26,158 bases of DNA, taken from contig JBGSIV010000291.1 in the NCBI GenBank assembly GCA_041742355.1, positions 1-26,158 of the forward strand. Reading direction: 5' to 3'. Position 1 is the first letter of the stretch, and each line of letters starts with the position of its first letter. The notes under the pieces are model-generated. The model searched no databases and was not told where the DNA came from. It was given only the letters and a program-made list of their open reading frames with translations. This document shows, one piece after another, positions 15,462 to 24,700 of the stretch. A program made the position numbers and the translations under genes. This DNA comes from Candidatus Zixiibacteriota bacterium (GTDB lineage: Bacteria > Zixibacteria > MSB-5A5 > GN15 > FEB-12).

Positions 15462-18400
15462 GTGACTGCTCGCTTCATGTCCGGCGGCGGGCACATGGGC
15501 GAGCTTATGCGCGCCAAAGACTGGTCGCAAACCCCTCTTGGCCCGGCCGAATCATGGCCCCAGAGTCTCCGCACCGCCGTCAGCATCTGCCTCAACTCCA
15601 ACTTCCCGATCCTCGTCTGGTGGGGGCGCAACCTCGTCATGCTCTACAACGACGCCTACCGCCCCATCCTCGGTTCGCTCAAACACCCCCACGCGCTCGG
15701 CCAACCCGGCCGCGAATGCTGGCCCGAAATCTGGCCCATTATCGGCCCCATGCTCGAGAGTGTCCTCGCCAGCGGCGTCGCCACCTGGTCCGAGGATCAA
15801 ATGCTCACCGTCGATCGTTCCGGCTTCCGCGAGGAGTGCTACTTCACCTACTCCTATAGTCCCATCCGCGACGAGGACGGCAGTGTGGGCGGTGTCTTCG
15901 GCGCCGTTACCGAAACCACCTGGCGCGTGCTGGCCGACCGCCGCAATCAACTCCTTCGCGAATTTGCCGAGCAAACCGCCGGCGCCACCACCAGCGAACT
16001 GGTCGCCACGGTCTCCGCAAAAGTGCTTGGCGGGGCCGACGCCGATATTCCCTTCGCCCTGCTCTATCTCCTCGACAGCTCCGGCCGCTTCGCCCGCCGC
16101 ATGGGTGAAGCCGGCTTCGGCGACGCCAGTATCCCCCTGCCGCAGGTTATCGACCTTGAAACCCCGACCGTCACGACCTCTCCCCTTGCCGATGTCGCCC
16201 GGACGGGATCGCTGAGCCGGATCGACAATCCGGCCGGACTCTGGGGCGTTCTCCCTGCGGGAGCATCGGATGCCCCGCCGACGACCGCCCTGGTGCTCCC
16301 CCTCTTCGGTTCATCGGGGGCAGCTCCGGTCGGTTTCCTGGTGGCCGGCGCAAGCCCGAAACTCACCCTGAGCGACGACTACCGCCAGTTCTTCCGGCAG
16401 GTCGCTGAACGTATCGGCACCGCCCTTTCGGCCGCCCGCGCGTACGAAGAAGAGCGCCGACGCGCCGAAGCCCTCGCCGAAATCGACCGCGCCAAGACCG
16501 TTTTCTTCTCCAATGTCAGCCACGAATTCCGGACCCCTCTCGCCCTTATGCTGGGCATGGCCGAGGATCTGCAGGATGACCCCGAGGCCATCAACCCCGC
16601 CGCCCGGGAACAGGTCGAGATCATCCACCGCAGCAGCCAGCGCCTCCTCAAACTCGTCAACACCCTGCTTGATTTTTCCCGGATCGAGTCGGGCCGCATT
16701 CAAGCCTGTTACGAACCGACCGATCTTGCCGCCCTCACCACCAGTCTCGCCAGCATGTTCCGCACCGCCACCGATCGGGCCGGCCTTCCCCTGCTCGTCG
16801 ATTGCCCGCCGCTGCCCGAACCGGTGTTCGTCGACCGGGAAATGTGGGAGAAGATTTTTCTCAACCTCCTCTCCAACGCCTTCAAGTTCACGCTGCAAGG
16901 GGAGATTACCGTCAGGATGGAGTCCCGCGACAACCAGGCCGTACTGACCGTCAGCGATACCGGGGTCGGCATTCCGGAAGCTGAAATGCGCAACCTCTTC
17001 ACCCGCTTCTACCGCATCCCGGGTTCCCGGGGGCGCACGCACGAGGGATCGGGGATCGGCCTGTCGCTCGCCATGGAACTTGTCCGGCTCCACGGCGGCG
17101 TTATCGAAGCCGAAAGCGTGGAAGGCAGGGGCAGCACCTTTCGCGTGCGCATCCCTCTCGGCTCCGGTCACCTGCCGGTCAGCCGCATCGGCGCGAAAGG
17201 TGTGCTCGCCTCGACCGCCATCAGCGCCCGCACCTTCGTGGACGAGGCCCTGACCTGGATACCGAACGAGCCCGCTTTCGAAGAGAATACTGACCGGGCC
17301 TCCGGCATCGAGCATGTCACGCCGCCGCATTTCGGCTCCCCGCACACCGGCCCCCTCGCCGGAGCGCGTATCGTCTTCGCCGATGACAACGCCGACCTGC
17401 GCAAGTATGTCGGCGGCCTGATCAGCCACAGCGGCGGTGAGGTTTTTGTCGCCACCGATGGCGAGGTGGCGCTCGAGGCAATCCGGTCGGTCTGGCCCGA
17501 TCTCGTCCTCACCGACGTCATGATGCCGCATCTCGACGGCTTCGAACTGCTCGCCGCAATCCGCACCGACGAGGATCTGAAGACTGTGCCGGTCATCATG
17601 CTTTCCGCCCGCGCCGGCGAGGAAGCCCGCATCGAAGCTCTCATCGCCGGCGCCAACGACTACATCGTCAAGCCCTTTCGCTCCCGCGAACTGGTTGCCC
17701 GCATCGAAAGCCAGATCAACATCGCCCGCCTCCGAACCGATGCCCTGCGCCGCGAGCAAGTCCTGCGCTCCGAAACGGAAGGCATCCTTTCCAGCATAAG
17801 CCTTGGTTTCATGGCCGTCGACCGCGGCTGGCGCATCACCTACCTCAACCCGGCCGCCGAGCGCCTCGCTGGCATCCCCCCCGAGGAACTCCTCGGCAAG
17901 ACCCTCTGGGCAGCCTTCCCCGAAACGGTCGGCAAAGCCGTCGAGGGATTACTCCGCCGCGCCATGGCCGATCGCACCCACGTTCAGTTCGAGGACTACT
18001 ACGAGCACGCCGACCTGTGGCTCGAAACGGACGTCTTCCCCATCGAGGGCGGCGGGCTCGCCTTCTACAGCCGTGATATCACCGACCGCAAGCAGGCCGA
18101 GGACGGTCTCCGCGAATCGGAGGAGCGCTTCCGCGCCATGGCCGACGGTATCCCCCACATTATCTGGGTCACCGATCAAAACAGCCGCATGCAGTTCATC
18201 AACCGCGCCTACACCGAATTCTTCGGCGTCACCCTCGAATCGGTCCAGAACGACGGCTGGGAGCCCCTGCTTCACCCCGATGACCGCGACGCCTACACCG
18301 CAGCCTACGTGGAGGCGCTCCGCGACCGCAAACCTTTCCACGCCGAGGTCCGCATCCGACGCCGCGACGGTCAGTGGCGCTGGGTCGAATCCTTCGGCCA

Positions 18401-21395
18401 ACCCCGGTTCTCGTCCTCCGGCGAATTCCTCGGCATCGCCGGCAGCAGTCCAGACATCACCGACCGGGTGCAAACCGAGCAGAGCCTCCGCCGCGAACAG
18501 AGCCTCCTGCGAAACATCACCCAGACCACCGACTTCATGCTCGTCTACCTCGATACGGACTTCAACTTCGTCTGGGTGAACGACGCCTACGCCGAATCCT
18601 GCCGCATGCAGTCCGCGGACATGATCGGCAAGAACCACTTCGAGCTCTTTCCCCACGCTGAAAACGAGGCTATCTTCCGTCGAGTCCGCGACACCGGCGA
18701 ACCCGTTACCTTCAGGGACAAACCCTTCGAGTTCCCCGACCAGCCCGAGCGCGGCACGACCTGGTGGGACTGGACCCTCTCCCCGGTCGAGGGCGACTCC
18801 GGTCAGGTGATCGGTCTGGTCTTCTCGCTCCGCGAGACTACCCCCGTGGTGAGAACCCGCGAAGCCCTCCGTGAAAGTGAAGAGCGCCTCTACCTCGCGC
18901 TGCGCGGCACCCAGGAAGGCGTGTGGGACTGGAACCTCGAGGACAACACCCTGTGGCTGTCGTACCGCTGGTTCCACATGCTCGGCTACGACGTCGGCGA
19001 ACTCCCGTCCGAACCCGACACCTTTTTCGGCCTCGTCCATCCGAAGGACCTGCCGCGCGTCCGCGCTCACATCGACTGCGTGCTCCACGGCAACTGCGAG
19101 TTCAACCTCGAATTCCGGCTCCGGCACAAGGACGGCCGCTACGTCGACATCCTCTCGCGCGCCCTCGCGGTTCGCCGCGAACCCGATCATCGCATCACCC
19201 GCCTCGTCGGCACCCATCTCGACCTCACCGAGGATAAGCAGATCGAAAAGCAGATCGAGCGCATTTCCCGGTTTCCGGCCGAAAACCCCGACCCCGTCCT
19301 GCGGGTCGCCCTCGACGGTACGCTGCTATTCGCGAATGACGCAAGCGCTCCCCTGCTCGAGGAGTGGCGCGTCGGCATCGGCCGGGGTCTCCCTGAGCCG
19401 TGGCGCACAACCGTTATAGAGACACTGCACGCCTCCGGCCCGCAGGCCCGCGACATCCACTGCGGCGACCGCACCTTCTCCCTGCGTATCGTTCCCATCC
19501 CCGGCGCGGACTATGTCAACCTCTACGGCCGCGACATCACCGAGCAGCGCCGCGTTACCGATGCCCTCCGTCAGAGCGAGGAGCGCCTTCGCTCCACCCT
19601 GGACCACATGCTCGAGGGCTGCGCCATCCTCAGCCCCGACTGGACGTTTCTCTACGTCAACCACGCCAACGCCCGCCATGCCCACCTGAGCCGCGAGGAC
19701 ATGATCGGCCGCAACATGGTCGACCTCATTCCGGGAGTGAAACAGAGTCCCTTTTTCGAGGCCTACCGCGCCTGCATGGAGGATCGCACCCCTCGCCGGG
19801 TGGAGTCCGAGTTCGTTTTCCCCGACGGCAACCGGGCGTGGTTTGAAGTTCTCGTCCAGCCTGTCCCGGAAGGCATCTTCGTCCTCTCCCAGGAGATTTC
19901 GGACCGCAAGCTGTACGAACAGGCGCTCCGCCAGAGCGAGCAGCGTTTCCGCATCGCCCTGCAGAACTCCCCCATCACCGTCGCCACTCTCGACCGCGAC
20001 CTTCGCTACACCTGGATCTACAACACCCGCCACGGTTTCAGCCCCGACGCGGTCATCGGCAAGCGCCCCGACCAACTCCTTCCCCCGGAGGACATCGCCG
20101 AACTCATGGGCTTCTTCCGCCATATTCTTGAAACCGGCCGTCCCGAACGCCGCGAGATCTCCGGCTACAACGGCGATCTCCTCCTCGAGTACGACGTTAC
20201 CGCCGAGCCCATTCGCGATGCCGACGGCGTCATCACCGGTCTCAATGCCGTCTTCATCGATATCGTCGACCACAAACGCACCCAGCGTATCCTCGAGGAA
20301 AACCGCCGCACCATCTCCCGCCAGCTCGCCGAGATCGAGGCCATCTACGCCCAGGCCCCCATCGGCCTCTGCGTCATCGACCGCGACCTCCGCTTCGTCC
20401 ACATCAACGAACGCATGGCCCAGCTCAACGGCCTCCCGATCCGGGCTCACCTCGGCGCCCAAGTCTCCGATGTCCTCCCCGGCATGGCCGACCTCGCCGG
20501 CCGTATTCTCCAGGCTATCCTCGCCTCCGGTCAACCCATGCTGAATGTCGAAATCCACAGCGAGACCCCGGCCCAGCCCGGCGTCCCCCGCGATTTCATC
20601 GAACACTGGCTCCCGCTCACCGACGCCAACGGCGAGATTTTCGCCGTCAACGTCGTGGTCGAGGAAGTCACCGAACGCAAGCGCATCGAAGCCGAACTCC
20701 GCCATCGCACCCGCGAGCTTGAAATCGCCAACGAAGACCTCCAGCGCTTTGGCAGCTACCTTGCCCACGACCTCCGGACCCCGCTGCGCGCTATCCGCGG
20801 CTTCGCCGACATCCTCAAGGAAGACTACGCCCCGCAGTTCGATGAAACCGGCGCCGAACTGCTCACCCGCATCGCTTCCGCCACCGACCACGCCGGCGAA
20901 ATCATCGCCGACATCCAGCGCCTCGCCAAACTCGACACCGGCGAATTTGTCTCCGAGTGGATTGATCTCGGCGAAATCGCCCAGGAACTCATCGACCAGG
21001 CCCGGCTGCGCGAACCCGAGCGCGTCGTCCAGTTCCTCCGCCATCCCGACCTCTTCGCCCGCGCCGACCGCCGCCTAATCACCATCGCCCTGTCCAACCT
21101 GCTGGATAACGCCTGGAAATACACCGGCAAGATTTCCGACGCCTGTATCGAATTCGGTCTCCGCCCGCGGCAGGACGGCCCCGTGTTCTTCATCAAGGAC
21201 AACGGCGCCGGCTTTGATCCCGCGCTCGCCGACAAGCTCTTCCAGCCCTTCCAGCGCCTCCACGCCCCCAGCGAATTTCCCGGCACCGGCCTCGGCCTCA
21301 CGATTGTCCGCAAAGTGATTACCCGCCACAACGGCCGGGTCTGGGCCGAATCCGACGGCCCCGGGGCCACTGTCTTTTTCACCCTCAACGCGTGA
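15462..21395 (+). CDS. Cytoplasmic hybrid dual histidine kinase: PAS-GAF-HisKA-HATPase-REC-8xPAS-HisKA-HATPase (1977 aa)
   Basis: GTG start with GGAGG RBS. H-box 1 SHEFRTPL (His at 16521) with N/G boxes NLLSNAFKF, DTGVGI and GSGIGL. REC ADD...TDVMMP...KPF (Asp at 17514). Eight PAS/PAC units ending in DIT-like motifs. H-box 2 AHDLRTPL (His at 20766) with NAWKY, DNGAGF and GTGLGL. Confidence 0.93.
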   Translation: MTARFMSGGGHMGELMRAKDWSQTPLGPAESWPQSLRTAVSICLNSNFPILVWWGRNLVMLYNDAYRPILGSLKHPHALGQPGRECWPEIWPIIGPMLESVLASGVATWSEDQMLTVDRSGFREECYFTYSYSPIRDEDGSVGGVFGAVTETTWRVLADRRNQLLREFAEQTAGATTSELVATVSAKVLGGADADIPFALLYLLDSSGRFARRMGEAGFGDASIPLPQVIDLETPTVTTSPLADVARTGSLSRIDNPAGLWGVLPAGASDAPPTTALVLPLFGSSGAAPVGFLVAGASPKLTLSDDYRQFFRQVAERIGTALSAARAYEEERRRAEALAEIDRAKTVFFSNVSHEFRTPLALMLGMAEDLQDDPEAINPAAREQVEIIHRSSQRLLKLVNTLLDFSRIESGRIQACYEPTDLAALTTSLASMFRTATDRAGLPLLVDCPPLPEPVFVDREMWEKIFLNLLSNAFKFTLQGEITVRMESRDNQAVLTVSDTGVGIPEAEMRNLFTRFYRIPGSRGRTHEGSGIGLSLAMELVRLHGGVIEAESVEGRGSTFRVRIPLGSGHLPVSRIGAKGVLASTAISARTFVDEALTWIPNEPAFEENTDRASGIEHVTPPHFGSPHTGPLAGARIVFADDNADLRKYVGGLISHSGGEVFVATDGEVALEAIRSVWPDLVLTDVMMPHLDGFELLAAIRTDEDLKTVPVIMLSARAGEEARIEALIAGANDYIVKPFRSRELVARIESQINIARLRTDALRREQVLRSETEGILSSISLGFMAVDRGWRITYLNPAAERLAGIPPEELLGKTLWAAFPETVGKAVEGLLRRAMADRTHVQFEDYYEHADLWLETDVFPIEGGGLAFYSRDITDRKQAEDGLRESEERFRAMADGIPHIIWVTDQNSRMQFINRAYTEFFGVTLESVQNDGWEPLLHPDDRDAYTAAYVEALRDRKPFHAEVRIRRRDGQWRWVESFGQPRFSSSGEFLGIAGSSPDITDRVQTEQSLRREQSLLRNITQTTDFMLVYLDTDFNFVWVNDAYAESCRMQSADMIGKNHFELFPHAENEAIFRRVRDTGEPVTFRDKPFEFPDQPERGTTWWDWTLSPVEGDSGQVIGLVFSLRETTPVVRTREALRESEERLYLALRGTQEGVWDWNLEDNTLWLSYRWFHMLGYDVGELPSEPDTFFGLVHPKDLPRVRAHIDCVLHGNCEFNLEFRLRHKDGRYVDILSRALAVRREPDHRITRLVGTHLDLTEDKQIEKQIERISRFPAENPDPVLRVALDGTLLFANDASAPLLEEWRVGIGRGLPEPWRTTVIETLHASGPQARDIHCGDRTFSLRIVPIPGADYVNLYGRDITEQRRVTDALRQSEERLRSTLDHMLEGCAILSPDWTFLYVNHANARHAHLSREDMIGRNMVDLIPGVKQSPFFEAYRACMEDRTPRRVESEFVFPDGNRAWFEVLVQPVPEGIFVLSQEISDRKLYEQALRQSEQRFRIALQNSPITVATLDRDLRYTWIYNTRHGFSPDAVIGKRPDQLLPPEDIAELMGFFRHILETGRPERREISGYNGDLLLEYDVTAEPIRDADGVITGLNAVFIDIVDHKRTQRILEENRRTISRQLAEIEAIYAQAPIGLCVIDRDLRFVHINERMAQLNGLPIRAHLGAQVSDVLPGMADLAGRILQAILASGQPMLNVEIHSETPAQPGVPRDFIEHWLPLTDANGEIFAVNVVVEEVTERKRIEAELRHRTRELEIANEDLQRFGSYLAHDLRTPLRAIRGFADILKEDYAPQFDETGAELLTRIASATDHAGEIIADIQRLAKLDTGEFVSEWIDLGEIAQELIDQARLREPERVVQFLRHPDLFARADRRLITIALSNLLDNAWKYTGKISDACIEFGLRPRQDGPVFFIKDNGAGFDPALADKLFQPFQRLHAPSEFPGTGLGLTIVRKVITRHNGRVWAESDGPGATVFFTLNA

Positions 21396-21407
21396 TCGCC
21401 GAACGGC

Positions 21408-21438
21408 CGGGGACGAGCCGATCCGCGATCCGTCCCCG
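21408..21438 (+). terminator. GC-rich hairpin after the first kinase (possible terminator or stabiliser)
   Basis: cggggacg (21408-21415) pairs with cgtccccg (21431-21438); no clean U-tract. Confidence 0.35.
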
Positions 21439-21487
21439 CCCGGGCAATAATTTACCGCCACCGTCCATTTTCGGCGACTCAAACCGC

Positions 21488-21517
21488 TTGCTGATGTATA
21501 AGGTCAGTAGGTATATT
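21488..21517 (+). promoter_or_regulatory. Putative sigma70 promoter upstream of the second giant kinase
   Basis: TTGCTG (21488-21493) - 18 nt - TATATT (21512-21517). Confidence 0.4.
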
Positions 21518-21777
21518 GCGGGTGCAGGCTTGAATCAGGGGGCGTATCACAACTTGCCGTTACACCAGTGCTTCCGTTCCCGGCCCGATCGGCCCGAAGA
21601 CGCCGGATGCACAGCCGTTCCCGGTTACCGGACATGGATCGTGGATGAAACTAGTTCAGGGAAGAACGCCCGCACCGACAAATCTTGAGGTTGATGCATT
21701 CCCGTCGCTGGTGATCTGACGCGTACGCCTCCGAAAGGCATCGCCGTCGCACAGCGCTGAGTGACACGCAGGCAGAC

Positions 21778-24700
21778 ATGGCAAACCGGACGATTCACAA
21801 AGCAAGCCGCCCGGCGTCAACACAAACCGACAGCGCTCCCGCATGGCGGGGCGGCCGCCGGATCAATCTCATGCCGTTCCTGACGAACGGTTATACCATC
21901 GCCATTATCGGCCCGCTGCTCGCCCTCGGCCTCTGGTGGCTCACCCGGCCCGTTTCCGGTGACGTATTTCCTCCGATGTTTTTCAACATCGCCGTCGTCC
22001 TCGCCGCCTGGCGCGGCGGGTTTCGCCCCGGCCTCATCGCCGTCGCCTTCAGCGTCACCCTCGCGGCCTACTTCATCTACCCGCCGGTGGGCTCTTTCAC
22101 GATGGCGGACAGCGGGCAGGCGATACTTCTGGCCCTCGCCGCCTTGGTGGGGGTTTTCGTCGCATGGATCGGCGGCACCGCCCTGCGCGCGGCGAAACAC
22201 GCCGAGGATCGCGCCGACGCCCTCCGCGAAAGCGAACGCAGGTACCGCACCCTCTATGAAAACCAACCTGTCGGGCTTGGGACCTGCGACCCCGCCGGCC
22301 GCATTCTGTCGCTCAACACCGCCGCCCTTGAGATCCACGGGTTCGCTTCCGCCGCCGAGATGCCCCCGGCCCCTGAGCAGTACGGCCGCATCTTCGAACT
22401 TCAGTACATCGACGGCCGCGTGATGCCGCTGGACGATTGGCCCGTCTCCCGCGCCATGCGCGGCGAATATGTCGTCGACTACGAGGTCCGCCTGATCAAT
22501 CTCGTCAACAATCAGGAGCGGATCGTCTCCTACACCGTCACGCCCCTCATCGAAAACGGCCGCCCCGCCCGTTTCCTCTTTGTCATGCAGGATCTCACCG
22601 AGCGCCGGCAGGCCGATCAGGCGCTCCGCCGCACCGAGGATCGGTATCGCAGCCTGTTCAGCTCCATCGACGAAGGTTTCTGCATCATCCGCGTGATTTT
22701 CGACGACGACCAGCGGCCCGTCGACTACGTCTTCCTCGAAATGAATCCGGCCTTCGAACGGCAAACCGGGCTTGTGGGAGCTCAGGGAAAGCGGATGCGG
22801 GATCTCGTCCCCGCGCATGATGAACACTGGTTCACGACCTACGGGGCGATTGCGCACACCGGACAGCCGGCCCGCTTCGAGCAGCGCGCCGAGGCGCTCG
22901 GCCGCTGGTACGATGTCTACGCTTTCCGGATCGGTGATCCCCGCCTCAACCAGGTGGCCGTTCTCTTCGACGACATCACCGCGCGCAAGGCAGCAGAAGA
23001 AGTTGTCCGTGAAAGCGAGACACGGCTCCGCCTCGCGCTTCGCGCCGCCACAATGGATGCCTTCGTGTTCGATCCCCGATCCGATCGCGTTCGCCGCAGT
23101 GGAAGCCTATGGCCGCTCCTGGGCCTTGAGGAAGAGGGCGCCGGCACGGCCTACTTCGAACACATCCATCCCGATGACCGCGATGCCTTTCTTTCGACCG
23201 TGCAGAGCCGGACGCCTGCCGATCCCGCATATACCATCGAGTACCGTTTCCGGATTCCGGACGGCACGTGGCGGTGGCTCGCCGACCAGGCCGAAATGCA
23301 CTTCGACCCCGATGGTTCCCCGACGTACCTCAACGGTGTGTGCTCCGACATCACCGACCGCAAACTGGCCGAACAATCCATTCGCGAATCCAAGGAACGC
23401 CATGACCTCGTCTCCCGCGCCACCAATGACATCATCTGGGACTGGGATCTCATCTCCAACCGGCTCGAATGGAATCAGGCCATCGAACCCGTCACCGGCC
23501 GAAACCTCGCCGACATGCCCGCAACCATCCAATCCTGGTACGATCACATTCACCCCGATGATTATGACCGTGTCACCCGCGACATCCACGACGCCATTGA
23601 TAGCGGCGCCGACAGTTGGTCCGGGGAATACCGCTTCGGGCCGATCGGGGGCCCCTGGCGCACCTTTTTCGACCGTGGTCTCATCGCCCGCGATGCGGCC
23701 GGAAAAGCCTACCGGATGGTCGGCTCCATGTTTGATATCACCGACCGTAATCGGGTCGAAGCCGCCCTCCGCGAATCGGAAAACCGCTTCCGCGCCACGT
23801 TCGACAACGCCGCCGTCGGTATCGCCCATGTCAGCCTCGACGGCCGCTGGCTCCGCATCAACGACCGTTACTGTGCCATTACCGGTTACTCCCGGGAGGA
23901 ACTCCTCGCCAGAACTTTCGTCGAAATCACCCATCCCGACGATCTCCAGGCCGATCTCGACCAGATCCGCCGGCTGCTCGACGGCGCTACCGACGGCTAC
24001 TCGCTGGATAAGCGCTACATGCGCCCGGAAGGCTTCCCCATCTGGGTCAACCTCACTCGCTCGCTGGTGCGCACTCCCGACGGCCGCCCCGACTACTTCA
24101 TCGCCGTCATCGAAGACATCACCGACCGCAAAAACTACCAGGCCGAGCTTGAATTCCAGAAGTTCGCCCTCGATCAGGCCTCCATCGTCGCCATCACCGA
24201 TGCACATGGCACCATTACCTACGTCAACGACAAGTTCGTCCAGATCAGCGGCTACAGCCGCGATGAGCTGATCGGTCGGAACCACCGCATCATCAACAGC
24301 GGCCACCATTCAAGGGAGTTCTTCCGGGACCTCTACGCCACGATCGGCAAAGGTCAGGTGTGGCGGGGAGAGATCAGGAACCGGCGCAAGAACGGCACCT
24401 TCTATTGGGTCGACGCGACGATTGTTCCGGCGCTCGGGGCTACCGGCAAACCCGAACGCTATGTCGCAATCCGCACCGATATCACTGAACGCAAGCGTGC
24501 CGAGGAAGCTCTCCGCAATTCAGAAGCGCTCCTTGCCGCCGTACTCCAGCAGTCTCCGCTCGGAATCGGCGTGTTCGATCGCGACGGCCGCATCATCACC
24601 TGCAACAGCGGCTGGACGAAACTCCTGGGCGCCGTGCTCCCATCGCGCGACCCGGAGACCGTCTCGAAGTGGCGCTCCTGGGACTCCCAGGGCAATCCCG

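Noticed and set aside
21725..21815. GAAA hairpin and GGCAAACC suggesting a c-di-GMP-I riboswitch
   Set aside because: Elements are in the wrong order, the GGGACGCAAAG-like segment is missing, and it overlaps the likely start codon.
24274..24297. GRNHRII as a LOV blue-light sensor
   Set aside because: Lacks the essential Cys of GxNCRFLQ; fits the FAD redox-PAS class instead.
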